Source of the DNA: an uncultured Candidatus Poseidoniales archaeon
GTDB taxonomy: Archaea > Thermoplasmatota > Poseidoniia > Poseidoniales > Poseidoniaceae
Length of the DNA: 64,000 nucleotides
Direction of reading: 5' to 3'
Assembly: GCA_902605365.1 (NCBI GenBank)
Contig: CACLCM010000005.1
Span: 3,759 to 67,758 of the forward strand
Positions 44,802 to 54,278 of the stretch are shown piece by piece. How positions within the stretch are numbered: the stretch's first letter is position 1; every line of letters begins with the position of its first letter. The position numbers and the translations under genes were made by a program. The notes under the pieces are model-generated. The model was not told the DNA's origin, ran no database searches, and saw nothing but the letters and a program-made list of their open reading frames with translations.

Positions 44802-45812
44802 CTAGCACCAACTTTCGCATGAATGACAGTACCATGCAGAGTAGTCTGCATATAGTTCGGCCATTTCACCACAACTGGTACATTCTTTGAGAGCATGATC
44901 TCCAAAAATCTGCTGAACTATCTGAACATGTAATTGGTCATCGATACCCAATTGTTGCCTCATAGCCCAAAGCATCTGGTCCTCAGATGGTGATATGATT
45001 CCATCTGCTAAACAGATTTGCACGACTACTCGGTAATCTTCCAACATAGTGATGTCTCTTGGGTCCATTGACACACCGCCTTTCTCAGCAACGATATCAG
45101 TACCTCCTGGGTCATCAACGAAGATAACTAGAGACTCTTCCTTTAATTCGGAAGAGCGTAATTCTAGAAGTATGGTCGCTCCATCCTGATTTGCATAAAC
45201 TAGTTTGGAAAAACGATTGATTACATTGGTGATTGAGCGTGCAGTGTCTTCAGGTGCTCTACCTCTGCGCCAGCCAGTTTCACTAGCTTCATCATAAGCA
45301 TAGAATTCGGTTCCAAGACCAGGGTACTCTAAGCGAATCTCCTCTCCTCCATCAAATCCGTTAGCAACAATTGTGATACTACCAATTGTAGTGTCCACTA
45401 AATTGTCATCATCATCAAATGAAATCATCAATGGTTTTCTTTCTTCAGCAGCGGCATTAAAGTGTCCAGTCATCCCTGCCATCCACTTATCTTCTAGACG
45501 ATGTAGGGAGGCTTCTTGTTCACCAGAAAGTCCCTTTTCAATACCTAATACATTGGATAAATCTCCACTTTGCATTTCTCGCTTGAACTCATCAATTAGT
45601 TCAGCATCTCTTCGATATGTCTCAGGTGGTCCCTTTCTTGTGGCCACGTGGTCAGGGTCTTTCCATTCATATTGGCATTTAACACAAGAAAGGTATCCTG
45701 GCATTGATGAAGGCTGTTTATCTCCACCACATCTTGGGCAATCTCCACCTTCTGTAGTACTCAGATTTTCAGCGGCTTCTCGCCTTCCTTTGCGGAACCC
45801 CCACTCTGCCAT
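44802..45812 (-). CDS. Zn ribbon / TerB-like / Zn ribbon protein
   Basis: CPRC..CVKCQYEW; LADGIISPSEDQMLWAMRQQLGI (TerB-like); CTSC..CHSC. Confidence 0.75.
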   Translation of the reverse strand: MAEWGFRKGRREAAENLSTTEGGDCPRCGGDKQPSSMPGYLSCVKCQYEWKDPDHVATRKGPPETYRRDAELIDEFKREMQSGDLSNVLGIEKGLSGEQEASLHRLEDKWMAGMTGHFNAAAEERKPLMISFDDDDNLVDTTIGSITIVANGFDGGEEIRLEYPGLGTEFYAYDEASETGWRRGRAPEDTARSITNVINRFSKLVYANQDGATILLELRSSELKEESLVIFVDDPGGTDIVAEKGGVSMDPRDITMLEDYRVVVQICLADGIISPSEDQMLWAMRQQLGIDDQLHVQIVQQIFGDHALKECTSCGEMAELYADYSAWYCHSCESWC

Positions 45813-45856
45813 AGATGCGGGACAATGATATTGACTTTTAAGACTCTCTTGATTAA

Positions 45857-46657
45857 TTATGAAAGTAAAGCCTTCAGTCCGTAGCGAATTAATCCGTCTT
45901 GGGCATAGATTCTTCGAACTGCGAATGTCACACTATTGCCTATTACTGGCTTCCCATCTTCATCATCAGCGATCAGGAAAACACCACACGGCCCCTCGTC
46001 CAATCTAACAAATACAGTACTAATACCTCCAAGGATTGGTGCTCTTAAGCTAAATTCTGACGGTGCCCCTCCTGCGGACAACTTAGTCCATGATTCAATC
46101 TTTCCAGATTTCTTCATTGGTGCTGCATCACTTGGCCTTTGGTCTCCAATCATCTCACGTGGTGGCCAAATTCGTATTTCACCGAGTGATTGGCTATTGA
46201 AATTCATTCTTGAAGGGCCGCCACTTCTGTAAGATTGCTCGGAAACAAACGCACCCTGGCTAACTGCAGTCATTTCTTCTTCCCAAGCATCATTCATCTG
46301 TGTAAATAATTCTTCATCCATCTCATTTCCTGAAACTTCCCAAGAAACAATTTCGCTTTTGCTAATGGAAATACTAGCGGAATCCAAATCACAAACAATC
46401 TCCCAAACCGCTTCTTCATCATGTGAGTAACCACATGCTTGCATTACGAATAAATCAATTGGTTCTTCGAATTTGATATTGCTGATTTCTGTTTCCTCAG
46501 ACAATAATTCTAGGCCACTGATTGCAAGTGTTGTGTAATCACTATCGGGGCCAAAAACGTGCTTTCCTCTAATCGAGTGTCGACTCTTGATTACTAATCC
46601 ACTCTGTTGTATGCAAGCTAGATTACCTTGCCAGTCTATACATTGGTTGGAACTCAT
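45857..46657 (-). CDS. Thiolase-associated DUF35-like OB-fold protein with an N-terminal extension and no Zn ligands
   Basis: ATGA overlap with the thiolase stop. GAFVSEQSY, GKIESWTKLSAGGAPSEF and VRRIYAQDGLIRYGLKA. Confidence 0.75.
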   Translation of the reverse strand: MSSNQCIDWQGNLACIQQSGLVIKSRHSIRGKHVFGPDSDYTTLAISGLELLSEETEISNIKFEEPIDLFVMQACGYSHDEEAVWEIVCDLDSASISISKSEIVSWEVSGNEMDEELFTQMNDAWEEEMTAVSQGAFVSEQSYRSGGPSRMNFNSQSLGEIRIWPPREMIGDQRPSDAAPMKKSGKIESWTKLSAGGAPSEFSLRAPILGGISTVFVRLDEGPCGVFLIADDEDGKPVIGNSVTFAVRRIYAQDGLIRYGLKALLS

Positions 46658-47826
46658 TTCAAATCCCTCCCGAATACGTGGACAGAGCATGTCGCACCCG
46701 ATCCGCCAACATTGTGAGTTAGTGCCGTTGTTGCATCTCTTACTTGACGACTAGATTCTACTTCTCCACGTAATTGCTTGAAAACTTCGACAATTTGCCC
46801 AGTTCCAGTAGCTCCTAAGGGATGACCCTTGGACTTTAGTCCACCACTTGGATTGATAGCGACTTGACCTTCATTCCTGCGACCTCGCCCTTCCCTTGCA
46901 AACAGTCCACCTTCACCTCGATTAGCAAATCCAAGGTCCTCGGTAGCCATCAACTCTGCAATTGTAAAGCAATCATGTACTTCTGCAAGGTCTATGTCTT
47001 TGGCTGAAATTCCAGCCTGGTCATATGCACTCATCGCAGCACGCTGTGTGGCGATTAATTGTGTAATTGAAGGCCTGTCGTGAAGTGCCAAATGGTCACT
47101 ACCCGCTCCTGAGCCAAGAACCCAAACTGGGTCGTCAGTCAATTTCTTTGCCACATGGTCTGCGGCTAATATTACGGTTGAAGCACCATCGGAAGTTGGA
47201 CAGCAGTCATAGAGAGTTAGTGGGTCTGCGACCATGAATCCACTTTGTGCCTTTTCGAATGATACATCCTTACGTATATGGGCAAATTCATTATCCAATC
47301 CGTGCATGTGGTTTTTCACTGAAATATTAACCAAATCATCATGCACACTTCCATATTCATGAAAATGCCTTCTTGCCATTAATGCATAGGTTCCTGGAAA
47401 TGTAAGTCCGGCTAGTCTTTCCCATTCAGTATCTCCACTTACACCTAGCCAGAAACGCTTTCTTTCAGGTGTTAAGTCATTCATCTTCTCAATACCGCCG
47501 GCTACTACAATGTCTGCCTGGCCGCTCTTAATCGCCATCCATGCGTCTCTGAATGCAAATCCAGATGATGCACAAGCGTTTTCAACTCTGCGAACAGGAA
47601 TATTGTCCATACCGGTATGTTCGGTTAGTAATGCTGCAGTATTACCTATCTGGCCACCACCAAAAGCAATCGAGCCAATGAATGCCTCATCCACCATTGA
47701 TGGGTCAAAGTCTCCATCTATTGAAGCGAACGCATTTTCGGTAGATTCGGCCCACATACCCTTCAAACCAAGAGCATGGTTGCCGAATTTTGTCTGACCA
47801 GCACCAATGACTGCTACATCGACCAT
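46654..47826 (-). CDS. Acetyl-CoA acetyltransferase (archaeal / SCP2-type thiolase)
   Basis: VENACASS, DCCPTSDGA, AEVHDCF, NPSGGLKSKGHPLGATG and HNVGG. Confidence 0.92.
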   Translation of the reverse strand: MVDVAVIGAGQTKFGNHALGLKGMWAESTENAFASIDGDFDPSMVDEAFIGSIAFGGGQIGNTAALLTEHTGMDNIPVRRVENACASSGFAFRDAWMAIKSGQADIVVAGGIEKMNDLTPERKRFWLGVSGDTEWERLAGLTFPGTYALMARRHFHEYGSVHDDLVNISVKNHMHGLDNEFAHIRKDVSFEKAQSGFMVADPLTLYDCCPTSDGASTVILAADHVAKKLTDDPVWVLGSGAGSDHLALHDRPSITQLIATQRAAMSAYDQAGISAKDIDLAEVHDCFTIAELMATEDLGFANRGEGGLFAREGRGRRNEGQVAINPSGGLKSKGHPLGATGTGQIVEVFKQLRGEVESSRQVRDATTALTHNVGGSGATCSVHVFGRDLK

Positions 47827-47908
47827 GACACCTCCAGTACTTCACGGTTCAACTAACTCTCGGTCCACAAGGTTCAACAACGACCCACTTGTCGGCGGAA
47901 CGATAGTC

Positions 47909-48589
47909 ATGTTACGTCAATGTAGGACACACGGTCACTTCAGCGGAACTAACTGCCCTACATGCAATGCTGAGGGCAAGTTCATAATGTCGGATAGAGA
48001 ATCAAACAGCCTAGGTCGCATGCTTGCGCTAGTGCTAAGACACGCACCAGAGAAATTTGGTGTTGAAATGGATTTGAACGGATGGGTAAACTCCAGAGAA
48101 CTCTCTGAATCCATTCAAGGCCAGCGCAAACATTTCCATTGGCTACGTGGATGGCACTTTGAAGCAATTGCAAATGCAGACGTCAAAGGTCGCTACCAAG
48201 TCGAAGGAGAAATGATTAGAGCAACTTATGGACACTCTATCGAATTAGAATTGGATCTTCCTACCGATGATATCCCTGAAGGACTGTACTGGCCTTGCGA
48301 CCCTGAAGCGGTTGCAACACACATGGAACTTGGAATCTCAGCGGGTGATAGAAAGCACGTTCACCTTTCTCGTACCATCTCAAATGCTATGGAAGCAGGT
48401 CACGTCAGAATCAGCCGCCCGGCAATTCTGGAAGTTGATACCACTAGAGCAATTGCAGATGGTTACACCATATGGAGAGCAGGAACCACAGTTTTCCTTT
48501 GTGAAGAAATGCCAGCAGAGTATCTATACCACGTTGAAGCGGATGACCCTTCAATTCAGGATATGATCTCTATCTGGGAAGAGGAATGA
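47909..48589 (+). CDS. kptA: RNA 2'-phosphotransferase (Tpt1/KptA)
   Basis: LRHAP, KGRY, IRATYGHS, RKHVHLS and an N-terminal C..H..C..C motif. Confidence 0.9.
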   Translation: MLRQCRTHGHFSGTNCPTCNAEGKFIMSDRESNSLGRMLALVLRHAPEKFGVEMDLNGWVNSRELSESIQGQRKHFHWLRGWHFEAIANADVKGRYQVEGEMIRATYGHSIELELDLPTDDIPEGLYWPCDPEAVATHMELGISAGDRKHVHLSRTISNAMEAGHVRISRPAILEVDTTRAIADGYTIWRAGTTVFLCEEMPAEYLYHVEADDPSIQDMISIWEEE

Positions 48590-48928
48590 TTACTCTACGT
48601 AATCTCCGCAACTTGGACAGAAACTCAGGTCCGAGTCCATTGGTGCACCACAAGATGGGCACATCCCACTAGCCATTGCAATTACTTGTTTTGCGATTTT
48701 GGAATCGCCACCATCTTGCATTTTGAGTGCTTCAACTATTTTGATTGGGTTTTGTCCCAACTTAGCTAATTCCTTGAATCTATCAGAGAATTCAATTGCC
48801 ATCAATAATGATGATTCAATTTGCCACTGCCTTTTTTCTCGTTCAACCTTATCAACAATATCCTCGCAAGCATCCAATTCTGCTTGCATGTGTCTTATGA
48901 ATTCATCAACACTTGCCGACTCTGACAT
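48590..48928 (-). CDS. Hypothetical helical protein with a C-terminal Zn ribbon
   Basis: CPSCG...CPSCG at the C-terminus. Confidence 0.7.
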   Translation of the reverse strand: MSESASVDEFIRHMQAELDACEDIVDKVEREKRQWQIESSLLMAIEFSDRFKELAKLGQNPIKIVEALKMQDGGDSKIAKQVIAMASGMCPSCGAPMDSDLSFCPSCGDYVE

Positions 48929-48996
48929 GTTAGGGGCCTGTCAAGACTCCCATGTAAATCCAATGCACACATTAGTACGAATTGCATAGCATATGC

Positions 48997-49770
48997 ATGG
49001 GCGGGACGGTCGTCATCAAGTGGGGAGGGGGTTTAATCACTCACAAGGACCAACTTTGTACCGTTAATCTTGATGTAATTGATTCCTTAGCCAAGGCTTG
49101 CTCAAAATCTAGTAAGAAATTAGTGATTGTACATGGTGCTGGCTCCTTTGGCCATATGCTGGCTAAGAAGTTCCGTCTTGCTGAAGGAAGAATTGCAGGA
49201 CTGATGCAAGATGAAACCATTGAAAGAGTACGTTCAGACATGATTGAATTGAACAATCATGTACTTTCTTCTTTGCAAAAGTATGGTCTTGATGCTAAAA
49301 CATTCTCACCACACCTTTGGGCTACTGGAACCGGTCCTGATTTCAAAGGCGAATTGCCAATTTATGATGGAGTAACCGTTGTTTATGGCGATGTAGTTGA
49401 AGATTCTGAGAAGGAATTTGGTATTTTATCAGGCGACGATATAATGTTGAGATATTCTACCGAATTACCAGATGTTGAGCGAGCAGTATTCGCCATTGGT
49501 GGTGTAGACGGTATTTTACGGGTTCCACCTTCGAAAGCAGGGCCTGAAGATTTGATTGAAATCTGGTCACCTGATATGGAATTTGAAGGTGAACATGCTG
49601 TTGAAATCGATGTGACTGGAGGAATTGGTCTAAAGGCAGCCAGAGGTGCCATGATTTCAGAAAAAGGAGTTGATGTTCAGATAATTAATGGCGAACACCC
49701 CAACCGTGTTTTGGCTGCGATCGATGGTGAAAATGTACTCGGAACCAAGATTGTTTCAGGGAACTGTTGA
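48997..49770 (+). CDS. ipk: Isopentenyl phosphate kinase
   Basis: IKWGGGLIT.K, VHGAGSFGH, YGDVV, ILSGD and DVTGGI..K. Confidence 0.9.
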   Translation: MGGTVVIKWGGGLITHKDQLCTVNLDVIDSLAKACSKSSKKLVIVHGAGSFGHMLAKKFRLAEGRIAGLMQDETIERVRSDMIELNNHVLSSLQKYGLDAKTFSPHLWATGTGPDFKGELPIYDGVTVVYGDVVEDSEKEFGILSGDDIMLRYSTELPDVERAVFAIGGVDGILRVPPSKAGPEDLIEIWSPDMEFEGEHAVEIDVTGGIGLKAARGAMISEKGVDVQIINGEHPNRVLAAIDGENVLGTKIVSGNC

Positions 49771-49806
49771 TGTAGTGGACGCGAAACCGATTATTTGGCG
49801 AGTACT

Positions 49807-51537
49807 ATGTCTGGATATGTCATCAGCGATGTTCCAACGGCACAAGTTCGTAGTGACGCATCTGATGTCTTGGGCGGAAGTGATTCCATTCAAGAGTCAC
49901 TAATGGCAGAGGCTGTCATACAAGTTTCTGAAAATGATGAAGTAATAGGTCCTATCTCTAAATTCGATAGTCATTACAAAGTTGGCACTTATCATAGGGC
50001 TTTTAGCGTATTATTATTCGATTCATCTGGAAGATTACTTCTTCAAAGAAGAGCATCACACAAGATCACATTCCCTGATGTCTGGGCCAATTCATGTTGC
50101 TCACATCCACTTCATAGTGATGAAGAGTTGGAAATGAAAAACAACCTCGGTGTGAAGCGAGCAGCAATTCGCAAATTGGAGCAGGAATTGGGAATATCCC
50201 CTTCCCAAGTACCAATAGATAACTTCGATTTCGTTACAAAAATGCGCTATCAAGCTCGCCAAGATGATGACTGGATTGAAAGAGAAGTCGACCATTGTTT
50301 AGTTATCCATGCAGATGTAGATGTTAATCCTAATCCTAACGAGGTTAGCGAAATTAAATGGGTTAGTCAGGCTGAATTAGAAGAAATGCTACTTGCAGAA
50401 GATCCGGAAAATGTAATTGCACCTTGGTTTAGATGTATAGCTGCTAGAATCATGGATGATGATTGGTGGAGACCAGGTTGCGCTAAGTCAGATGATTTGA
50501 TTCATGATATGGGTGATGTTTCGCATATGTTGCCCAATGCAATTGGCGCTGACCTAAACACTAGCATAGCCGAGGTCAAGGATTTAGTAGAACTAAGAAT
50601 TGAAAGAGCCCTCACCCATACTTCCCTAGAACGACTATCTGGTGCTATGATGCACTTGGTCGAAGGTGGAGGCAAAAGGTTGCGTGCAACTCTACCTTGG
50701 TTGGTTGCCAAGGCAGTTGGAGATTCTCACTCAGGATTGTTGGATGTTGGTGCGGCGATTGAAATTATTCACAATTTCACATTAGTTCATGATGACATAA
50801 TGGATGATGATGACATTAGGCGTGGCCGTCCAGCAGTCCATGTGGAATATGACTTACCTACGGCGATTAATGCTGGAGATGCTATGCTTGCAATAGCCTT
50901 TGAAGCGATGGCAGTGGCAGAAGGTATTGAGCCTGAACTCTTACCTTTCCTCGTTAAGAGAATTGGCCGTATGGTTCGCAAATGTAGCGAAGGTCAGCAA
51001 TTGGATATTGAATTTGAAGATAGAGGATTTGTTACTGAAGAAGAATACATCACCATGATTCATGGTAAGACAGCAGCAATGTTCCTTACTTGTGCTGAAG
51101 TAGGTTCTCATCTCGCAGGTGCTGATTCTGATACGATTGAATGCATGCATGATTGGGGACTTGCAGTTGGATTATGTTTCCAACTGATGGATGACTTAAT
51201 CGATGTACTGTCTGATTCTGATACGCTGGGCAAGCCTAGTGGAAGTGATGTTGCTCAAGGTAAACGTACTCTGATGGTCATACACGCTTTGGGCCAGCCA
51301 CCTTCCAACTCTAAGGATGACTTGATGGCAGTATTAGGTAAGGGTGATGATGTGAGTGCTGAACAGGTTCTTCTTGCTCATAAAGCACTGGAAGATTTGG
51401 GTTCTATCGATTATGCCCGTTCCAAAGCAGAGTCTTACCATAGAAAAGCCCACGATTGTCTAGATAGATTGCCAGATAGCCCTGCTATGAGAGCACTGAG
51501 AGAATTGACGGACTACCAACTTAAGCGGATATATTGA
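49807..51537 (+). CDS. idi: Fusion of type-1 isopentenyl-diphosphate isomerase (Nudix) and geranylgeranyl diphosphate synthase
   Basis: HRAFSV, KITFP..WANSCCSHP, EREVD and PWF, followed by GGKRLR, HDDIMD..RRG, GQQLD, KTA and FQLMDD. Confidence 0.92.
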   Translation: MSGYVISDVPTAQVRSDASDVLGGSDSIQESLMAEAVIQVSENDEVIGPISKFDSHYKVGTYHRAFSVLLFDSSGRLLLQRRASHKITFPDVWANSCCSHPLHSDEELEMKNNLGVKRAAIRKLEQELGISPSQVPIDNFDFVTKMRYQARQDDDWIEREVDHCLVIHADVDVNPNPNEVSEIKWVSQAELEEMLLAEDPENVIAPWFRCIAARIMDDDWWRPGCAKSDDLIHDMGDVSHMLPNAIGADLNTSIAEVKDLVELRIERALTHTSLERLSGAMMHLVEGGGKRLRATLPWLVAKAVGDSHSGLLDVGAAIEIIHNFTLVHDDIMDDDDIRRGRPAVHVEYDLPTAINAGDAMLAIAFEAMAVAEGIEPELLPFLVKRIGRMVRKCSEGQQLDIEFEDRGFVTEEEYITMIHGKTAAMFLTCAEVGSHLAGADSDTIECMHDWGLAVGLCFQLMDDLIDVLSDSDTLGKPSGSDVAQGKRTLMVIHALGQPPSNSKDDLMAVLGKGDDVSAEQVLLAHKALEDLGSIDYARSKAESYHRKAHDCLDRLPDSPAMRALRELTDYQLKRIY

Positions 51538-51952
51538 CGCTTCCAGTCGATAAAACCCTGCAGTACCATCTGGTTTCACCTGGATATTTCTTGTTAGATA
51601 TTCTGTCAAATTTACCATTGGTAAAAGAGTCAGAAATTTTGTAGCATGGTTTAGCTGCAGACATTACTTCAAGTTCTACATCTCCAACCTGAAATTTGGT
51701 TCCAATTTGTAGATTGAACCCTTCAACCAATAAGTTCTCACCAGTTGTTCCAGCTTTAATCGGATGGCCTTCACTTTGTAATTTCAACAGCAACTCATTT
51801 TCTAATACACAAACAGCACGCTGTAGTCCACCATGATACTTTTTGTCATTTTGATAATCGCCTACTAAGCCTTCATACTCAATGTTAGCACTATCAATTG
51901 ATAATTTTGGAACTCCGCCATTAGAGACGAAAATTCCAAGCACTTGGCCCAT
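51521..51952 (-). CDS. MOSC-domain protein (YiiM-like)
   Basis: GVPKLSI, HGGLQRAV, GENL and PCYKI. Confidence 0.85.
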   Translation of the reverse strand: MGQVLGIFVSNGGVPKLSIDSANIEYEGLVGDYQNDKKYHGGLQRAVCVLENELLLKLQSEGHPIKAGTTGENLLVEGFNLQIGTKFQVGDVELEVMSAAKPCYKISDSFTNGKFDRISNKKYPGETRWYCRVLSTGSVNISA

Positions 51953-51975
51953 ATAATCACGTTTGATTTAATCAA

Positions 51976-54183
51976 TCACTCTGCGTAGTAAGACTCAGGG
52001 TTTGGATCTGGTTTCAATCCCTTACGAGTACGGATTTCTCCAACTACCTTATCGAATAATTGCGGAGGTAGAATCTCGAAACCTATGTTTTCAGAGTTCC
52101 AAACAGCACGACCTTGAGATGCAGCACGGATATCGTTGGAGAATCCGAATGTTTCTGCTATAGGAAGTGTTCCGATAACGGTGGTTGCTTCTCCTTCTGA
52201 AGGCATGTCTTCGATGATTCCACGGCGGTTTGTGATTTCACGAGTAACTTGTCCAAGCCAGTCGTTAGGAACGCTGACGTGGGACCTTTGCATAGGTTCC
52301 ATCAATACGGTGCGAGCACGAATCATTGCGCCCTTGATTGCATTACGTACTGCAGGAATAGTCTGTGCAGGTCCACGGTGAATTGCATCTTCGTGTAGTT
52401 TTGCATCGACTAATCTGACCATCATGCCCATTACTGGCTCATCTGCCACTGGACCTTTCTTACATACTTCATTGAATGATTCTATAATCAGTTCACGAGT
52501 CTCGTGTAATCCCTGAATACCCTTTGTGTCATTGACTAGAACGTTGGTACCGCTGATTGCGTAAATCTTACGCATTTTGTCCTTGTCCATACCAAGTTCG
52601 CCGAATTTGTTTCCGACTTCCTTAGCGTCTCCAGAGCGAACTGTTCCGTTTCCAAAGTGTCCTTCACGAAGCGCAGCGACTACCTCAGGAGATAGTGGCT
52701 CACATTCGATCATGAATCTGTTGTGACGGTTAGGAGATTTACCTTCGAAAGAACGTCCTTTGTTGTTACCTTCTACAGATTCTCTGTATACTACGATAGG
52801 TGGGCTAACCTTTACCTTGATGTTTTGTTCTTCCTCAAGACGGAATACTGTAATCTCCAAGTGCAGTTCTCCCATACCTGCTAGAAGAGCCTCTCCAGTT
52901 TCTTGGTTAGTAGTAACCTGAAGTGAAGCATCAGACTTTGCAAGAGAACGTAGAGCATCGACGAATTTTGGAAGGTCCTTCATACTCTTTGGTTCAACAG
53001 CCACTGTTACAACAGGGTCTGAGTAGTGACGAATAGCTTCGAACGGAGTGAAATCTTTGTCACGAGATAGTGTTACACCAGCTGCTGCTGAGCGAATACC
53101 TGTGATTGCTGCAATATTACCTGCTACAACCTTAGGGACTGGGATTCTGTCTCCTCCAACCATCATGCTAACTTGCTGAACACGCTCAGGCTTTGCAGCA
53201 CCGATAGCGAATACAGATTCACCCTGATTGATAGAACCTGAATATAGTCGGCCCACTGCAACTTCACCTGCATGCGGGTCCATCCAAATCTTGGTGATCA
53301 TCATAGCAAGTTCTGCTTCTGGGTCACAATCCATCATTGCCTTACCGATTGGGGATTCTAAGTCTCCGTTCCAGATGTTAGGGATACGGTATGGCTGTGC
53401 TTCAACTGGACCTGGTAGTTTTGTAACAGCCATGTCCAAGAGAACTTCATGCACTGGAGCCTTCTTAGCCAGAGTTTTCTGGTCTTCATTGTTACAGTAC
53501 TCGAAGATTTCAGTCATGGATACTCCTGACTTCTTCATGTAAGGGATTGTAATTCCCCAATTGTGGTATGCTGAACCAAATGCTACAGTTCCATCCAATA
53601 CACTGACTTGCCATTTCTTTTCCATTCCTTCTGGAGCAAATGAGTGAATTAATTTGTTAACTTTCTTGATAGTTTCTTCAAACCTCTTCAACATGTCTTC
53701 AGGGGTTACCTTCAATTCGTTGATTAGTCGGTCTACCTTGTTGATGAAAAGAACAGGCTTAACCTTCTCCTTCAAAGCCTGCCTAACAACTGTTTCAGTC
53801 TGAGGCATTGGGCCTTCAACTGCACACGCTAGAATGAAACATCCGTCGACCGCACGCATAGCACGGGTAACGTCTCCACCGAAGTCTACGTGACCAGGTG
53901 TGTCGATGAGGTTGATTAGGTAATCAGTACCTTCTACTGCGTGAACCATAGATGCAGAAGCAGCGTTGATTGTAATTCCACGAGCACTCTCTTGTTGATC
54001 GAAATCAAGAACACGGCTCTTACCTGCAAGGTCTTCGCTCATCATTCCTGCACCTGCAATCAGGTTGTCAGAAAGTGTAGTTTTTCCGTGGTCGATGTGA
54101 GCCGCAATACACAGGTTACGAATCTGTGGTAGAATGTGCATTACTTCTGTTGCCTTCTTGATGTTGTCTTCTTTACGGCCCAT
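51976..54183 (-). CDS. fusA: Elongation factor aEF-2
   Basis: AHIDHGKTT, RGITI, DTPGHVDF, NKVD, and the HEDAIHRG diphthamide loop. Confidence 0.98.
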   Translation of the reverse strand: MGRKEDNIKKATEVMHILPQIRNLCIAAHIDHGKTTLSDNLIAGAGMMSEDLAGKSRVLDFDQQESARGITINAASASMVHAVEGTDYLINLIDTPGHVDFGGDVTRAMRAVDGCFILACAVEGPMPQTETVVRQALKEKVKPVLFINKVDRLINELKVTPEDMLKRFEETIKKVNKLIHSFAPEGMEKKWQVSVLDGTVAFGSAYHNWGITIPYMKKSGVSMTEIFEYCNNEDQKTLAKKAPVHEVLLDMAVTKLPGPVEAQPYRIPNIWNGDLESPIGKAMMDCDPEAELAMMITKIWMDPHAGEVAVGRLYSGSINQGESVFAIGAAKPERVQQVSMMVGGDRIPVPKVVAGNIAAITGIRSAAAGVTLSRDKDFTPFEAIRHYSDPVVTVAVEPKSMKDLPKFVDALRSLAKSDASLQVTTNQETGEALLAGMGELHLEITVFRLEEEQNIKVKVSPPIVVYRESVEGNNKGRSFEGKSPNRHNRFMIECEPLSPEVVAALREGHFGNGTVRSGDAKEVGNKFGELGMDKDKMRKIYAISGTNVLVNDTKGIQGLHETRELIIESFNEVCKKGPVADEPVMGMMVRLVDAKLHEDAIHRGPAQTIPAVRNAIKGAMIRARTVLMEPMQRSHVSVPNDWLGQVTREITNRRGIIEDMPSEGEATTVIGTLPIAETFGFSNDIRAASQGRAVWNSENIGFEILPPQLFDKVVGEIRTRKGLKPDPNPESYYAE

Positions 54184-54278
54184 GGTGAATCACCTGACTC
54201 TCGTCTATCCTCGCCACCTTGAAGGGGTTTATCAAATCGACTACCGAATTAACAGTCATTCGGTGTGCTGTGTGCTGA

